Assembly: GCA_965205015.1 (NCBI GenBank)
Contig: OZ242029.1
Location: forward strand, 832,001 to 896,000
Source of the DNA: Candidatus Poribacteria bacterium
GTDB taxonomy: Bacteria > Poribacteria > WGA-4E > WGA-3G
DNA: 64,000 nucleotides
Direction: 5' to 3'
Below, in pieces: positions 9,517 to 18,638 of this stretch. Position 1 is the first letter of the stretch; each line of letters begins with the position of its first letter. The notes beneath the pieces are model-generated. The model ran no database searches, was not told the DNA's origin, and saw nothing but the letters and a program-made list of their open reading frames with translations. The position numbers were made by a program, and so were the translations under genes.

Positions 9517-11279
9517 TGATACCACTCACTTTGTGCTGCGAACATTTCAGCGTATTTTCCATTCCGCTGTAGGAGTTCAGTGGGATTCCCGATTTCTACA
9601 ATGCGTCCACCATCCAAAACAACCACGCGATCGGCAAGCCGTGTCGGTCCGAGTCGATGGGCGATGAGCAGGGCAGTTTTACCCTCTACCAATTCAACAA
9701 ACTGCTGAAAAATTTCCAACTCAGCAAGAGGGTCAAGGGCTGCCGTGGGTTCGTCAAAAATGACAAATTCGCCACCTTCTTTTATCAGACTCCGAGCGAT
9801 AGCGACGCGTTGCCATTCACCGCCAGAGAAATCCGCACCCCCGAATTCGGGACCTAAAAGCGAACTTAGCGGGAATTTTTCTGCTGGCAATCCGACTTGG
9901 GCTAAGGTCGCTTCGGTGTGTGCATCGGCGGCAGTGGCACCGTCCAAAATCAGGTTCTCGCGTAGGGTGGTCGGATAGCGTGCCGGATGCTGAAACACGA
10001 CGGTGCAAGCACGCCGGAGGTCTTCAGATGAAATCGTGGTGGTATCAATACCATCTATCGTGATATTTCCTGCTGTTGGAGAACGCAAACCTGCTAAAAT
10101 GTGTGCCAAAGTCGTCTTTCCCGCGCCATTTTCACCGACGACAGCGAGAATTTCGCCCGGACGGATGTGAACGTTAATATCGGAGAGCGCGTCTGTGTCT
10201 GCACCCGGGTAACGATACGCGACGCTATGCAAGCGGATACCTTCACGCATCGAGTGTGGATAAGGCGTACGCGCTTCGGGAGCGTCTTCATCTTGCTTTT
10301 CTTCTAACAGACGGCGAAGGTCTTCTCCGTAGCCAGCGTGTTGGACAAAACCGATGACGAAATACTGCATCGAGTTCATACCCGCGGTGATATTCCGAAA
10401 TGCTTCTAACACCAAAGCCGCGAGTCCAGCTTCAACCCTTCCCTGTGAAAGCGATGTAACGAGCAGTGCCCCAGCGATGATGGCTACGAAAATAAATACC
10501 TGGAAAATACCTTGAGAGGCATTTCGAAAATCGATATGCAAGCGTTCCTGAAGATATTGGGCGAGGATCGTCCGCCAGCGTTGGAGAAGGGGTTCGCCGA
10601 TGGACCATAAACGGATTTCAGCGGCACTGCGCCGTTCTGTTAGAAGTTGGACGTAGTAATCCGCAAGTCGTTTGTTGCGTGTATTTTCCACCTCAAAGTG
10701 GCGCACTCGGGCGCCCATCTGAATTTCAAAAACCCGCAGCAATATTGCCCCACCGATGATGATCACGGGAATCCAAATCGAAATCAGTCCTAACACAACG
10801 GCACTGGTGAACAGGACAGGCGTGTATTCAATAAAGTTCAAGCCATTTTGCATTAATTGGACAACGCTCGAATCCCCACCAGTAACGACGCGATTGATGA
10901 GGTTATGCGATTCCTCGTCATCAAATGCCTCTAATGGTAATTTGCCTGTCTTTTGCAAAGCATCCCGCTGCAAAGCGAAACCGGCTCTAATGCGGAGTTG
11001 CTCGCGTAAAAGTGGGAGGAGTGTTAAGATCGCCTGCTCTACGAAAAAGAGGAGGCAAAGCGCAGCCAGCCATGGGACAGCACTCCTCATAATATCTGCA
11101 TCGACGAGGGTATTAACGGTTTCCCGGAGCACAAGCAGATGGGCTGCCGCAGCACCTGCATTGATGAGGACAAGGGTTATCCACACAGCGGCAATAAAAG
11201 GCGAAGCTTTTAACACCTGTCCGAACAACCAGAGTAGGTCTCGAAATGAAGGGCGCGTTAATTTTTCTTTGTCCCACAT
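9513..11279 (-). CDS. ABC transporter permease/ATPase, first subunit of a pair
   Basis: GENGAGKT, FSGGEWQR, VIFDEP, IAHR; C-terminal AQSEWY matches AQASWY of the partner. Confidence 0.9.
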   Translation of the reverse strand: MWDKEKLTRPSFRDLLWLFGQVLKASPFIAAVWITLVLINAGAAAAHLLVLRETVNTLVDADIMRSAVPWLAALCLLFFVEQAILTLLPLLREQLRIRAGFALQRDALQKTGKLPLEAFDDEESHNLINRVVTGGDSSVVQLMQNGLNFIEYTPVLFTSAVVLGLISIWIPVIIIGGAILLRVFEIQMGARVRHFEVENTRNKRLADYYVQLLTERRSAAEIRLWSIGEPLLQRWRTILAQYLQERLHIDFRNASQGIFQVFIFVAIIAGALLVTSLSQGRVEAGLAALVLEAFRNITAGMNSMQYFVIGFVQHAGYGEDLRRLLEEKQDEDAPEARTPYPHSMREGIRLHSVAYRYPGADTDALSDINVHIRPGEILAVVGENGAGKTTLAHILAGLRSPTAGNITIDGIDTTTISSEDLRRACTVVFQHPARYPTTLRENLILDGATAADAHTEATLAQVGLPAEKFPLSSLLGPEFGGADFSGGEWQRVAIARSLIKEGGEFVIFDEPTAALDPLAELEIFQQFVELVEGKTALLIAHRLGPTRLADRVVVLDGGRIVEIGNPTELLQRNGKYAEMFAAQSEWYQ

Positions 11280-11348
11280 CGTTTTCTGTCTACCTCGGTT
11301 AGTCCTAAATTACAATAGCGTGTAGGGAACGCGTTTTAGCCTTCTATT

Positions 11349-12143
11349 TCATTGTGTTTCTTCCGCACTTAAGTAGTCTAACGGGCTCTCAACGATATAA
11401 TCCCCCGAATCCTCAAGAAACTGTTGGACGAGGAAAACATGTCCAGCACCGATAATCAGTAGAATGCGATCGTCAGCAGATTCGGTGATACGGGTTAAAT
11501 TCACAAATATTTTGAGATTCCGAGCATACCAAATATGGGCAAGCCAATCTGCACCCGGATATTTGTCGTCTAACCCAATACGTGCATCATGTAAGTATGC
11601 CCGCTGGCTCGCACGGCTCCATGCAGGCTGATTGAGGCGGATATACATGTCGATTATCGGTTCATATTCCTCAGGTTCAATCCAGCCTGTCCCGTCCTCA
11701 TCCTGTGTAACTTTTTCCGGAGATCCGGGATGGGATCCAAAGAGGTGCCTCTGATTGTGTTTTTTCGCAAACTCGCTGCGGTTTATCAAATGACCTTTCA
11801 TGCTTTCAAAGATCGGATCTTGCTTTGGCCAATAATCAACGCAATACACTTTTGAATGTCTCACCATTTTCGCCAATCGAAACCCGACTTGATGGATTTC
11901 ATGGCGTTCAAGTTGAAATTCATCCTTCAGATAGGCATTGTATTCCTGCTGAAGATTGGAGTCAAGGTAGTCGACCTCAACAGCTATCTTCGTCGGCTGA
12001 AATTGAGCCAGTTGATCAGCAAGTTGTTGAAGTTCGCGCTGACGTTTAGGCGCGCGCATATCATCTATATTATCTCCATCCCAACCTGCCAAGTGGTGAC
12101 TCCCGAGAATCATAACTGTAGGTTTCGTCTGATGTTTCATCAA
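11349..12143 (-). CDS. TIKI/TraB-like (DUF5694-type) protein, no signal peptide
   Basis: ILGSHH, IAVE, EIHQVGF, WYARNLKI, GAGH; ATGA-coupled to the upstream gene. Confidence 0.82.
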   Translation of the reverse strand: MMKHQTKPTVMILGSHHLAGWDGDNIDDMRAPKRQRELQQLADQLAQFQPTKIAVEVDYLDSNLQQEYNAYLKDEFQLERHEIHQVGFRLAKMVRHSKVYCVDYWPKQDPIFESMKGHLINRSEFAKKHNQRHLFGSHPGSPEKVTQDEDGTGWIEPEEYEPIIDMYIRLNQPAWSRASQRAYLHDARIGLDDKYPGADWLAHIWYARNLKIFVNLTRITESADDRILLIIGAGHVFLVQQFLEDSGDYIVESPLDYLSAEETQ

Positions 12144-12955
12144 TTAGCATCCTCCATTTTTAAGTATTGCAGCGGACTTTCGACAATGTAATCGCCTGAA
12201 TCCTCAAGAAACTGTTGGACGAGGAAGACATGCCCAGCACCGATAATCAGTAGAATACGATCGTCAGCAGATTCGGTGATACGCGTCAGGTTAATGCAGA
12301 TTTTGAGGTTCCGAGCGTACCAACTATGGGCAACCCAATTCGCACCCGGATATTGGTCCCCTAATCCAATACGCGCACTGCGTAGATACGCCTGATGATC
12401 CGCGAGTCTACCTTCAGGCTCGTTGAGACGTATGTACATCTCAATTATAGGTTCGTATTTCTCAGGTTCAATCCAAGTTGTGCCATCTTTGTCCTGAGTG
12501 ATTTTTCCTTCTATAGGTGGGGGACGTAGGAAATGCTTCTGATTATGAGTCTCTGCGAACTTATAGCGATCCATCAAATCCCAATCAATCTTACTCTCAG
12601 GAAGACGGGGGGACCGTTCCGTCCAAAAATAATCCACACAGTGTACCTTCGGATGTCCGATCTGCTTTGCCAATCGAAACGCAATCTGATGGATTTCATG
12701 GCGTTCAAGTTGGAAGTTATCCTTCAGATACGCATTATACTCCGCTTGCTTTTCAGCGTCCCAACGTGTGTCGGATTCAATGGCTATCTTCGTCGGTTTG
12801 AAGCGCGCAAGTTGTTCAACGAGTTGCTGAATCTCGGCTTGGCGCTTTGGTGTGAGGACATCATCCATTTTTGTATTGTATACATCCGCTCCCCAGTTTG
12901 CCAAGTGCGGACTGCCGAGAATCATGATTGTCGGTTTCGTCTGATGTTTCATCAA
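12140..12955 (-). CDS. TIKI/TraB-like (DUF5694-type) protein, no signal peptide
   Basis: ILGSPH, IAIE, EIHQIAF, WYARNLKI, GAGH; ATGA-coupled to the upstream gene. Confidence 0.82.
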   Translation of the reverse strand: MMKHQTKPTIMILGSPHLANWGADVYNTKMDDVLTPKRQAEIQQLVEQLARFKPTKIAIESDTRWDAEKQAEYNAYLKDNFQLERHEIHQIAFRLAKQIGHPKVHCVDYFWTERSPRLPESKIDWDLMDRYKFAETHNQKHFLRPPPIEGKITQDKDGTTWIEPEKYEPIIEMYIRLNEPEGRLADHQAYLRSARIGLGDQYPGANWVAHSWYARNLKICINLTRITESADDRILLIIGAGHVFLVQQFLEDSGDYIVESPLQYLKMEDAN

Positions 12956-13824
12956 TCAGCATCCTCCGCCTTTAGGTATTTGAGTGGATTCTCAACGATG
13001 TAATCCCCGGAATCTTCAAGGAATTGTTGGACGAGGAAGACATGCCCGACACCGATAATCAGCAGAATGCGATCGTCAGCAGATTCGGTGATACGGGTTA
13101 AATTTACAAAGATTTTGAGGTTCCGAGCATACCAAATATGGGCAAGCCAATCCGCACCCGGATATTTGTCGCCTAACCCAATACGTGCATCATGTAAGTA
13201 TGCTCGCTGGCTCGCGCGGGTCCTTACGGGCTGATTGAAGCGTATGTACTTGTCAATTATCGGTTCATATTTCTCAAGTTTTCCTGGATCTGTAGGATCT
13301 CCGAAACGGTGATCCTCAGGAGATCCGAGAAGGTATTCCTGATTGTGAACTTTTGCAAACTCGCTGCGGTTTATCAAATGCCCTTTAATGCTTTCAAAGA
13401 TCGGATCTCGTTTGGGCCAATAATCAACACAATACATCTTTGAATGTCCGAACTCTTTTGCTAACCTATATCCAATCTGATCTCCCTCATAGGGTCCGAG
13501 TGCGTAGGTCCCGTTTAAATAACCTTGATAGCGTTTGTTTTCAGCGTCGCAACGGCTTGGATCCAACTCAACCGCTATCTTGGTAGGTTTAAATCCTTTG
13601 AGGTGTTCAACCACCTGTTCAATCTCGCGTTGGCGTTTGGTCGCGAGGACATCATCCGAAAAGTGCCAACTGCCAAGAATCATAATCGTCGGTTTTTTCG
13701 TCATGTGCGTAGTATCCTCTGTAGACGGGTCTGTCCGGTCATCACTTGCGACTGTGCCGACCGCAAGTAACACAGCGACGAATAACATTATCAAATAGAA
13801 CTCGTATTTCACTAAGGCTTTCAT
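12952..13824 (-). CDS. Secreted TIKI/TraB-like (DUF5694-type) protein
   Basis: Signal peptide; ILGSWH, IAVE, EGDQIGY, WYARNLKI, GVGH. Confidence 0.82.
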   Translation of the reverse strand: MKALVKYEFYLIMLFVAVLLAVGTVASDDRTDPSTEDTTHMTKKPTIMILGSWHFSDDVLATKRQREIEQVVEHLKGFKPTKIAVELDPSRCDAENKRYQGYLNGTYALGPYEGDQIGYRLAKEFGHSKMYCVDYWPKRDPIFESIKGHLINRSEFAKVHNQEYLLGSPEDHRFGDPTDPGKLEKYEPIIDKYIRFNQPVRTRASQRAYLHDARIGLGDKYPGADWLAHIWYARNLKIFVNLTRITESADDRILLIIGVGHVFLVQQFLEDSGDYIVENPLKYLKAEDAD

Positions 13825-13880
13825 AAAACTTCTCCTATCTGTGGTATCGGTAACCCTGCCTGAAAAAAGAAAACAACAGA

Positions 13881-15275
13881 TTAAGGCGTTTCCGCTTTGT
13901 TTGCATCCAAGTATTTCAACGGACTTTCAACGATATAGTCCCCCGATTCCTCAAGAAACTGCTGAATCAGATACACATGCCCAGCACCGATAATCAGCAG
14001 AATGCGATCATCGGTGGACTCCGTGATGCGCGTCAAATTCACAAAATTCTTGAGATTATGCGCATACCACCAATGTGCAACCCAATTGGCACCTGGATAT
14101 TGGTTTTTGAGTCCAATGCGTGCGGTGCGCAGATATGATTGATGACCGGTGTACATCTGTGCAGGCTCGTTTATCCGTATGTACATGTCAATTAGGGGTT
14201 CATATTCTTCGCGCTCAACCCAGACCGTGCCATCTACGTCCGCCCGAACTTTCACCCCGCTTGAGGAAACGCTCCATAAGAGGTGCTCCTGATTATGCGT
14301 CTCCGCAAATGTGGCGTAGTCTAATAAACTCTTATCAATTTCATCATATATCGGCCGGTGCTTTGGCCAATCAGCAACACAATAAAGCTTCGGATGTCCC
14401 ATCTGTTTGGCTAACCGAAAGCCGAATTGGTCAGGCAGGCTCCGTGTGAGTTCATAAGTGCCCTCCAAGTAGCTTTGATAGCTTGCGTTAATCTCCGCAT
14501 CATCCCTTTCGTCTACATAAACGGCTATCTTGGTGGGACTAAACGCTCTAAGTTGCTGCACCAGTTGTTCCATTTCGCGTTGGCGTTTGGGCGCGAGGAC
14601 ATCATCCATTCTTGTATTGAATACATTGATTCCCGGATTTGTGAAGAAGTCACTACCCAGAATCATGACTGTCGCTTTGTCTCGTGTGTCCCCTCTGTTC
14701 CATTGTCCTTTCAATTTGTCGCCAAAATCGATGTCCACCGCACCGAAATTGCTGAGATTCCCGAGCAATTCCTCAATGCGTTCCGGTGCGATCTCACCGA
14801 CAATGTTGACAAAGGTGGCTTCTCCAGACCTTTTCGGGATGATGATAGCGAAAATCCCGTAAACCTTCTCTTCATCAAACAGTAGATTAATCTCTACCGT
14901 TTCACCGCGCTCCTCAATTTTGACGAGGACTTCCCACTCATCGTTCTTGAGCTTCTCCTTGAAATAGTTAACTAATTTCTTCTCATCAATCGTTGCCCTA
15001 TCGTAAGTCCGGACATAGATACCGTCTAACATCTGGATCAGCTCGGCGACTTCGGGTTGATTGCTCACCGATTTGGTTACCAGACTGATGAGTTTCGAGG
15101 TTAAGTTAACCTCGACCTTTGCCTCAAGAGGTTCTGGGAAATCGAAGAGGATGAGTCCTTTTCTATCAGTCTTGTCCGATTTGTCCTGCTGCGCGACTGC
15201 TGAATGCATCAGTGTTAGCGATGCAACCAAAAACAGCAACGTGAACAGTCGTATAAAGTGCTTTTGCGGTTTCAT
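13881..15275 (-). CDS. Secreted DUF4252-like plus degenerate DUF5694-type fusion protein
   Basis: Signal peptide; DUF4252-like GIYVRTY / WEVLVKI / FVNIVGEI; C-terminal paralogous domain with substituted motif residues. Confidence 0.78.
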   Translation of the reverse strand: MKPQKHFIRLFTLLFLVASLTLMHSAVAQQDKSDKTDRKGLILFDFPEPLEAKVEVNLTSKLISLVTKSVSNQPEVAELIQMLDGIYVRTYDRATIDEKKLVNYFKEKLKNDEWEVLVKIEERGETVEINLLFDEEKVYGIFAIIIPKRSGEATFVNIVGEIAPERIEELLGNLSNFGAVDIDFGDKLKGQWNRGDTRDKATVMILGSDFFTNPGINVFNTRMDDVLAPKRQREMEQLVQQLRAFSPTKIAVYVDERDDAEINASYQSYLEGTYELTRSLPDQFGFRLAKQMGHPKLYCVADWPKHRPIYDEIDKSLLDYATFAETHNQEHLLWSVSSSGVKVRADVDGTVWVEREEYEPLIDMYIRINEPAQMYTGHQSYLRTARIGLKNQYPGANWVAHWWYAHNLKNFVNLTRITESTDDRILLIIGAGHVYLIQQFLEESGDYIVESPLKYLDANKAETP

Positions 15276-15296
15276 GGGTTCTACTCCTTATCTATT

Positions 15297-15983
15297 TTAA
15301 CGATTCGTTGTTGTATTCCCTGATTTCAGGGCATGATCCGGTTTCTCGGCGTTGCGCTTTACTTCCCACCCGTGGGACATCGGGACGTTTATCCAATTGC
15401 GAACTGTTTCGGAGATCGACTCCCTCGAATTAGATTCCAGAAGTTGTCCAAATAGAGTGCCGAGTTTCTGAAAGTCGATCTCTCCATAGATGTTCACAAA
15501 GCCCGAATTGCCATTATCGGTGAACATAACGAAAATACCGTTCACTACGCCCGGTTTTTCCGAGTAGAGCAGGCTGAGATCGAATGTATCCCTGATTTTG
15601 ATGAGATGCTCCCACTTCTCATTTGCAAGGATGCTACGGTAGTGGTCCACGATCCGGTTGAGGTCTCTCATCTCTCCATCGTAAGCCCGGATAGAGGCAC
15701 CTTTTAGCATTTCGGCATACGCCGTATATTCCGACATATCTATCGATTTATCTCCAGAAAGTTCCGGATGACTTGCGATACCGAAATTGATAAAGAGGCC
15801 TAAGAGGCTCTTGTCTAAGGTAATTTCCACCTTTGGGACAGGGGCATCCGGCAGATTCATTTCTATCTGACCCCGAACTGTTTCTCCTACGTTGCCGTTC
15901 TGGGCGTGCCCATTGGTGAAGAAACAGCAAACTGCTAAAAAGGCTATACCTGCTAAAAGGGCTGTAAGGGTGGATCTTTTCAT
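15297..15983 (-). CDS. Secreted DUF4252-like protein
   Basis: AAGGAG RBS before MKRSTL signal peptide; KVEITL, WEHLIKI and FVNIYGEID match the N-domain of 13881-15275. Confidence 0.72.
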   Translation of the reverse strand: MKRSTLTALLAGIAFLAVCCFFTNGHAQNGNVGETVRGQIEMNLPDAPVPKVEITLDKSLLGLFINFGIASHPELSGDKSIDMSEYTAYAEMLKGASIRAYDGEMRDLNRIVDHYRSILANEKWEHLIKIRDTFDLSLLYSEKPGVVNGIFVMFTDNGNSGFVNIYGEIDFQKLGTLFGQLLESNSRESISETVRNWINVPMSHGWEVKRNAEKPDHALKSGNTTTNR

Positions 15984-15996
15984 GCGTTTTTTCTCC

Positions 15997-16659
15997 TTAA
16001 TATGAACGTTGATCGGTTTTTGTATCCAGAGTGCCGTGCGGTAATCGGTCAAGACTATCCAGACTCCGATGGATTGCCGATGAAATATTTCTCTTCTGTT
16101 TTGACACATGACGGGAGGCTGTTTCAATCTGAACAAACGGACGACTTGAAACTTCATCAATCCGCACATCCGGGAGTTTCTCGTTAACAATCGTGCCGGT
16201 TCGCTCCACGGCGTAATTCAACTTACTGAGTGCATAAGCCAAGTCGCGGGAGGCTTGCTGCACTTTCAGATGCTGTTGGTACTGATAGGTCCCGAACAGG
16301 ACAACTCCGATGAGGCACGCCAACGCGCCTGCGCGAGCGAGTACCGAAGTTAAATCATCCGAGAACGTAAACAGTTGGCATATCCGATGTAGCCACTTGG
16401 GTCCCTTGTTGGGATGCGCGCGAACGTACGCCTCAACGGCGTTGAAAATTGCCGGGGATGGCTCTGGTTTCGGAAGTTCGTGTAATGCGCCGCTAATTGC
16501 TTCTGCGAAGCGAATTTCCTCTTGACACATTGAACAGGATGCAACATGTGCCGCTACCGTCGTCGCCGTATTTGCATCCAATTCATCGTCAAGATACGCT
16601 TCTAAGGTATCCTGAACTTCCGTACACGTTAAATCTGGATGGGAAGGAAATTGGTTCAT
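15997..16659 (-). CDS. Zinc-finger (zf-HC2/ZAS) membrane anti-sigma factor
   Basis: C..V...L.AYLD.EL...HVASCSMC (HxxxCxxC), one TM helix; ATGA-coupled to the sigma gene. Confidence 0.9.
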   Translation of the reverse strand: MNQFPSHPDLTCTEVQDTLEAYLDDELDANTATTVAAHVASCSMCQEEIRFAEAISGALHELPKPEPSPAIFNAVEAYVRAHPNKGPKWLHRICQLFTFSDDLTSVLARAGALACLIGVVLFGTYQYQQHLKVQQASRDLAYALSKLNYAVERTGTIVNEKLPDVRIDEVSSRPFVQIETASRHVSKQKRNISSAIHRSLDSLDRLPHGTLDTKTDQRSY

Positions 16660-17201
16660 TCGTTATCTCTCCAGTAGGGACGCAGTAACTCCCGCAACCG
16701 CTTGCGGGCACGAAATGCTGTTGATTTCACAGTTCCTTCGGGTTGTTCTAACACCGCTGCGATCTCCTTGAAACTCATGCCGTTCAATTCCCGCATAATT
16801 ATGACTGACCGCATATCTGGTGGCAATTTTTGAATCGCACACTGGACCGAGTCTTTGAGTTCTTGTTGGATCACAATCTCATCTGGTGATGGATTCGATC
16901 GACCAGAACGCGTGTGCATCAAAGTTTCGAGTTCTGTTTCGGGATCTGTATCGTCTCCGCCTGTTAAATGCACCTGAAATTTATCTCGCTTTAGCAGATT
17001 GAAACAGAGATTCTGCGCACATTTCAGCAACCATGAGTGTGCAGTCTTCGGACGCAATTTGTTACGGTGTTTCCACGCCGTAATGAACGTCTCCTGTGTT
17101 ATATCCTCTGCATCTTCCCGATTTCCGAGTAGATAGAGGGTGTGTTGATAAACCCGAGCCTTGTGTTGATCGACAAGCTCAAGGAATTTATCTTCTGTCA
17201 T
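16656..17201 (-). CDS. ECF RNA polymerase sigma factor (SigW/RpoE-like)
   Basis: DAEDITQETF..AW in region 2; SFKEIAAVLEQPEGTVKS..RAR in region 4. Confidence 0.95.
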   Translation of the reverse strand: MTEDKFLELVDQHKARVYQHTLYLLGNREDAEDITQETFITAWKHRNKLRPKTAHSWLLKCAQNLCFNLLKRDKFQVHLTGGDDTDPETELETLMHTRSGRSNPSPDEIVIQQELKDSVQCAIQKLPPDMRSVIIMRELNGMSFKEIAAVLEQPEGTVKSTAFRARKRLRELLRPYWRDNE

Positions 17202-17232
17202 GTTTCAGCTCCGCGCATTTTGAGGTTGCTGT

Positions 17233-17261
17233 TACTACAAACGAGTTGCAAAAAAGTTGCA
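17233..17261 (-). promoter_or_regulatory. Probable autoregulatory ECF promoter (TGCAAC-N16-TGTAGTA)
   Basis: About 30 nt upstream of the sigma start; resembles the B. subtilis SigW-type TGAAAC-N16-CGTA promoter. Confidence 0.82.
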
Positions 17262-17305
17262 CTTTTTTAATTTAAGCAATATTAAGAAACAAATCTCAGG
17301 TTCTT

Positions 17306-17420
17306 AGGAAAGGAGGAAGAACAAGAAGGAGGAGGAACAGGAAAGGTGGAAGAGTAGGAAGGGTGGAAGAAACATCGTGTCCGCTATCTTCCAAACTTCC
17401 ATGCTTCCAATCTTCCAAAC
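17306..17420. repeat. Inverted blocks of GGAAG / CTTCCA short repeats
   Basis: A purine-rich GGAAGA run is followed by TCTTCCAAACTTCCATGCTTCCAATCTTCCA. It can fold back downstream of the dehydrogenase gene. Confidence 0.55.
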
Positions 17421-17443
17421 CAATACGAAAGCGAAATCAGATC

Positions 17444-18403
17444 TTATTCCCATTGAAACACGCTACCCAACACACGCATCGGTTCATCGCGGAGCCATCT
17501 ATATATCTGTGGTGCCTCATCAACACTCACTCGATGTCGGATGAGGGGTGCAATTTTGACAGACCCCTGACGGAGCAATCGACAGAGATTTTCCAGATCG
17601 TCACACGTGAAGTGGCTACACTGAAGGATACTAATTTCCTTATGTTGCCCGACGTTAAAGGTGTAATTGACATCGAACCGTCCAGCAACTAAGAGCAATC
17701 TACCACGGGTTTTGCAAGCCTGGATCATCGGTGTCACCATATCTGGAACCCCCGCGAAGTCCATGACGGCATCAAAGGAACCCTCTTGAATTTGAGAATC
17801 CCACCCATCGCCACTCGTATTGAGAACCGCCTCTGCTACGCCGAGTTGGCGGCTCTGTTCCAGTCGAGATTCCTCAATGTCGCAAACTGTGACACGGGCA
17901 CCCATGGCGTTAGCGATCTGCGCCGCAAACATACCGATGCAGCCCTGTCCGACAATCAGGATTTTTTCCCCGATGCGCGGATCAACACGTCGGCAGCAAT
18001 GCATCGCGACCCCAGAAATGCCGAAGAGGGCAGCCTCGCCTGGGTCAATGTCTTCTGGCAATTTGAGCAGGAGTCCATCCTCTGGAATCGTGAACCGTTC
18101 GACATGGTTCACACTCGCATAGATGAGGTCGCCGATCTGAAGCTGCGTTACGTCCGGACCTGTTTCAATAACTCTGCCGACGTTCTGGTATCCGTCGGTG
18201 GTCGGCAACCGGTTATCGGAGGCTGAATAGTTACCACCGATCAGTTGATTTCGTTCTGTGCCGTTAGTAAGTCCAGTGAAGACGGCTTGACACAGCACTT
18301 CGTTTCCGGTAGGCGGTGCTGGCGCTTCCCAATCGGTGACAACAATTTTTTCGCGCGTTTTATCTGGCAATAATTTAACGACAAGTGCTCTCACAATTTT
18401 CAC
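17444..18403 (-). CDS. MDR-family (zinc-binding dehydrogenase-like) oxidoreductase
   Basis: GTE, GYQNVGRV, GQGCIG Rossmann motif; GTG start after an AGGA RBS. Confidence 0.85.
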   Translation of the reverse strand: MKIVRALVVKLLPDKTREKIVVTDWEAPAPPTGNEVLCQAVFTGLTNGTERNQLIGGNYSASDNRLPTTDGYQNVGRVIETGPDVTQLQIGDLIYASVNHVERFTIPEDGLLLKLPEDIDPGEAALFGISGVAMHCCRRVDPRIGEKILIVGQGCIGMFAAQIANAMGARVTVCDIEESRLEQSRQLGVAEAVLNTSGDGWDSQIQEGSFDAVMDFAGVPDMVTPMIQACKTRGRLLLVAGRFDVNYTFNVGQHKEISILQCSHFTCDDLENLCRLLRQGSVKIAPLIRHRVSVDEAPQIYRWLRDEPMRVLGSVFQWE

Positions 18404-18523
18404 CGTTCCTTTAAATAAAAAATTTAATGCGTGACCTCCGTTTAGACTACCCGAAACACTTAGATGTGTCAAGGATTTTAAGAATTTTTGGCTGCCATCG
18501 TGCGCGATTTGTAAAAAAACCTG

Positions 18524-18552
18524 TTGACAGGTCGTCACACTTTTGATATAAT
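18524..18552 (+). promoter_or_regulatory. Consensus sigma70 promoter
   Basis: TTGACA-N17-TATAAT upstream of 18639. Confidence 0.8.
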
Positions 18553-18638
18553 TTTTTAAGATTTTTGCACCAAAAACAGTGGGAAGCGATTGTATCTATT
18601 TTTCATTTTTCACGTTACTTTATTAAGGAGAATCCGCA

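Noticed and set aside
11349-15275. Diversity-generating retroelement behind the paralog variation
   Set aside because: No reverse transcriptase in the window, and differences are not restricted to adenines.
15984-16190. N-terminal extension of the 297-aa ORF
   Set aside because: It overlaps the anti-sigma gene; the RBS and signal peptide support a start at 15983.
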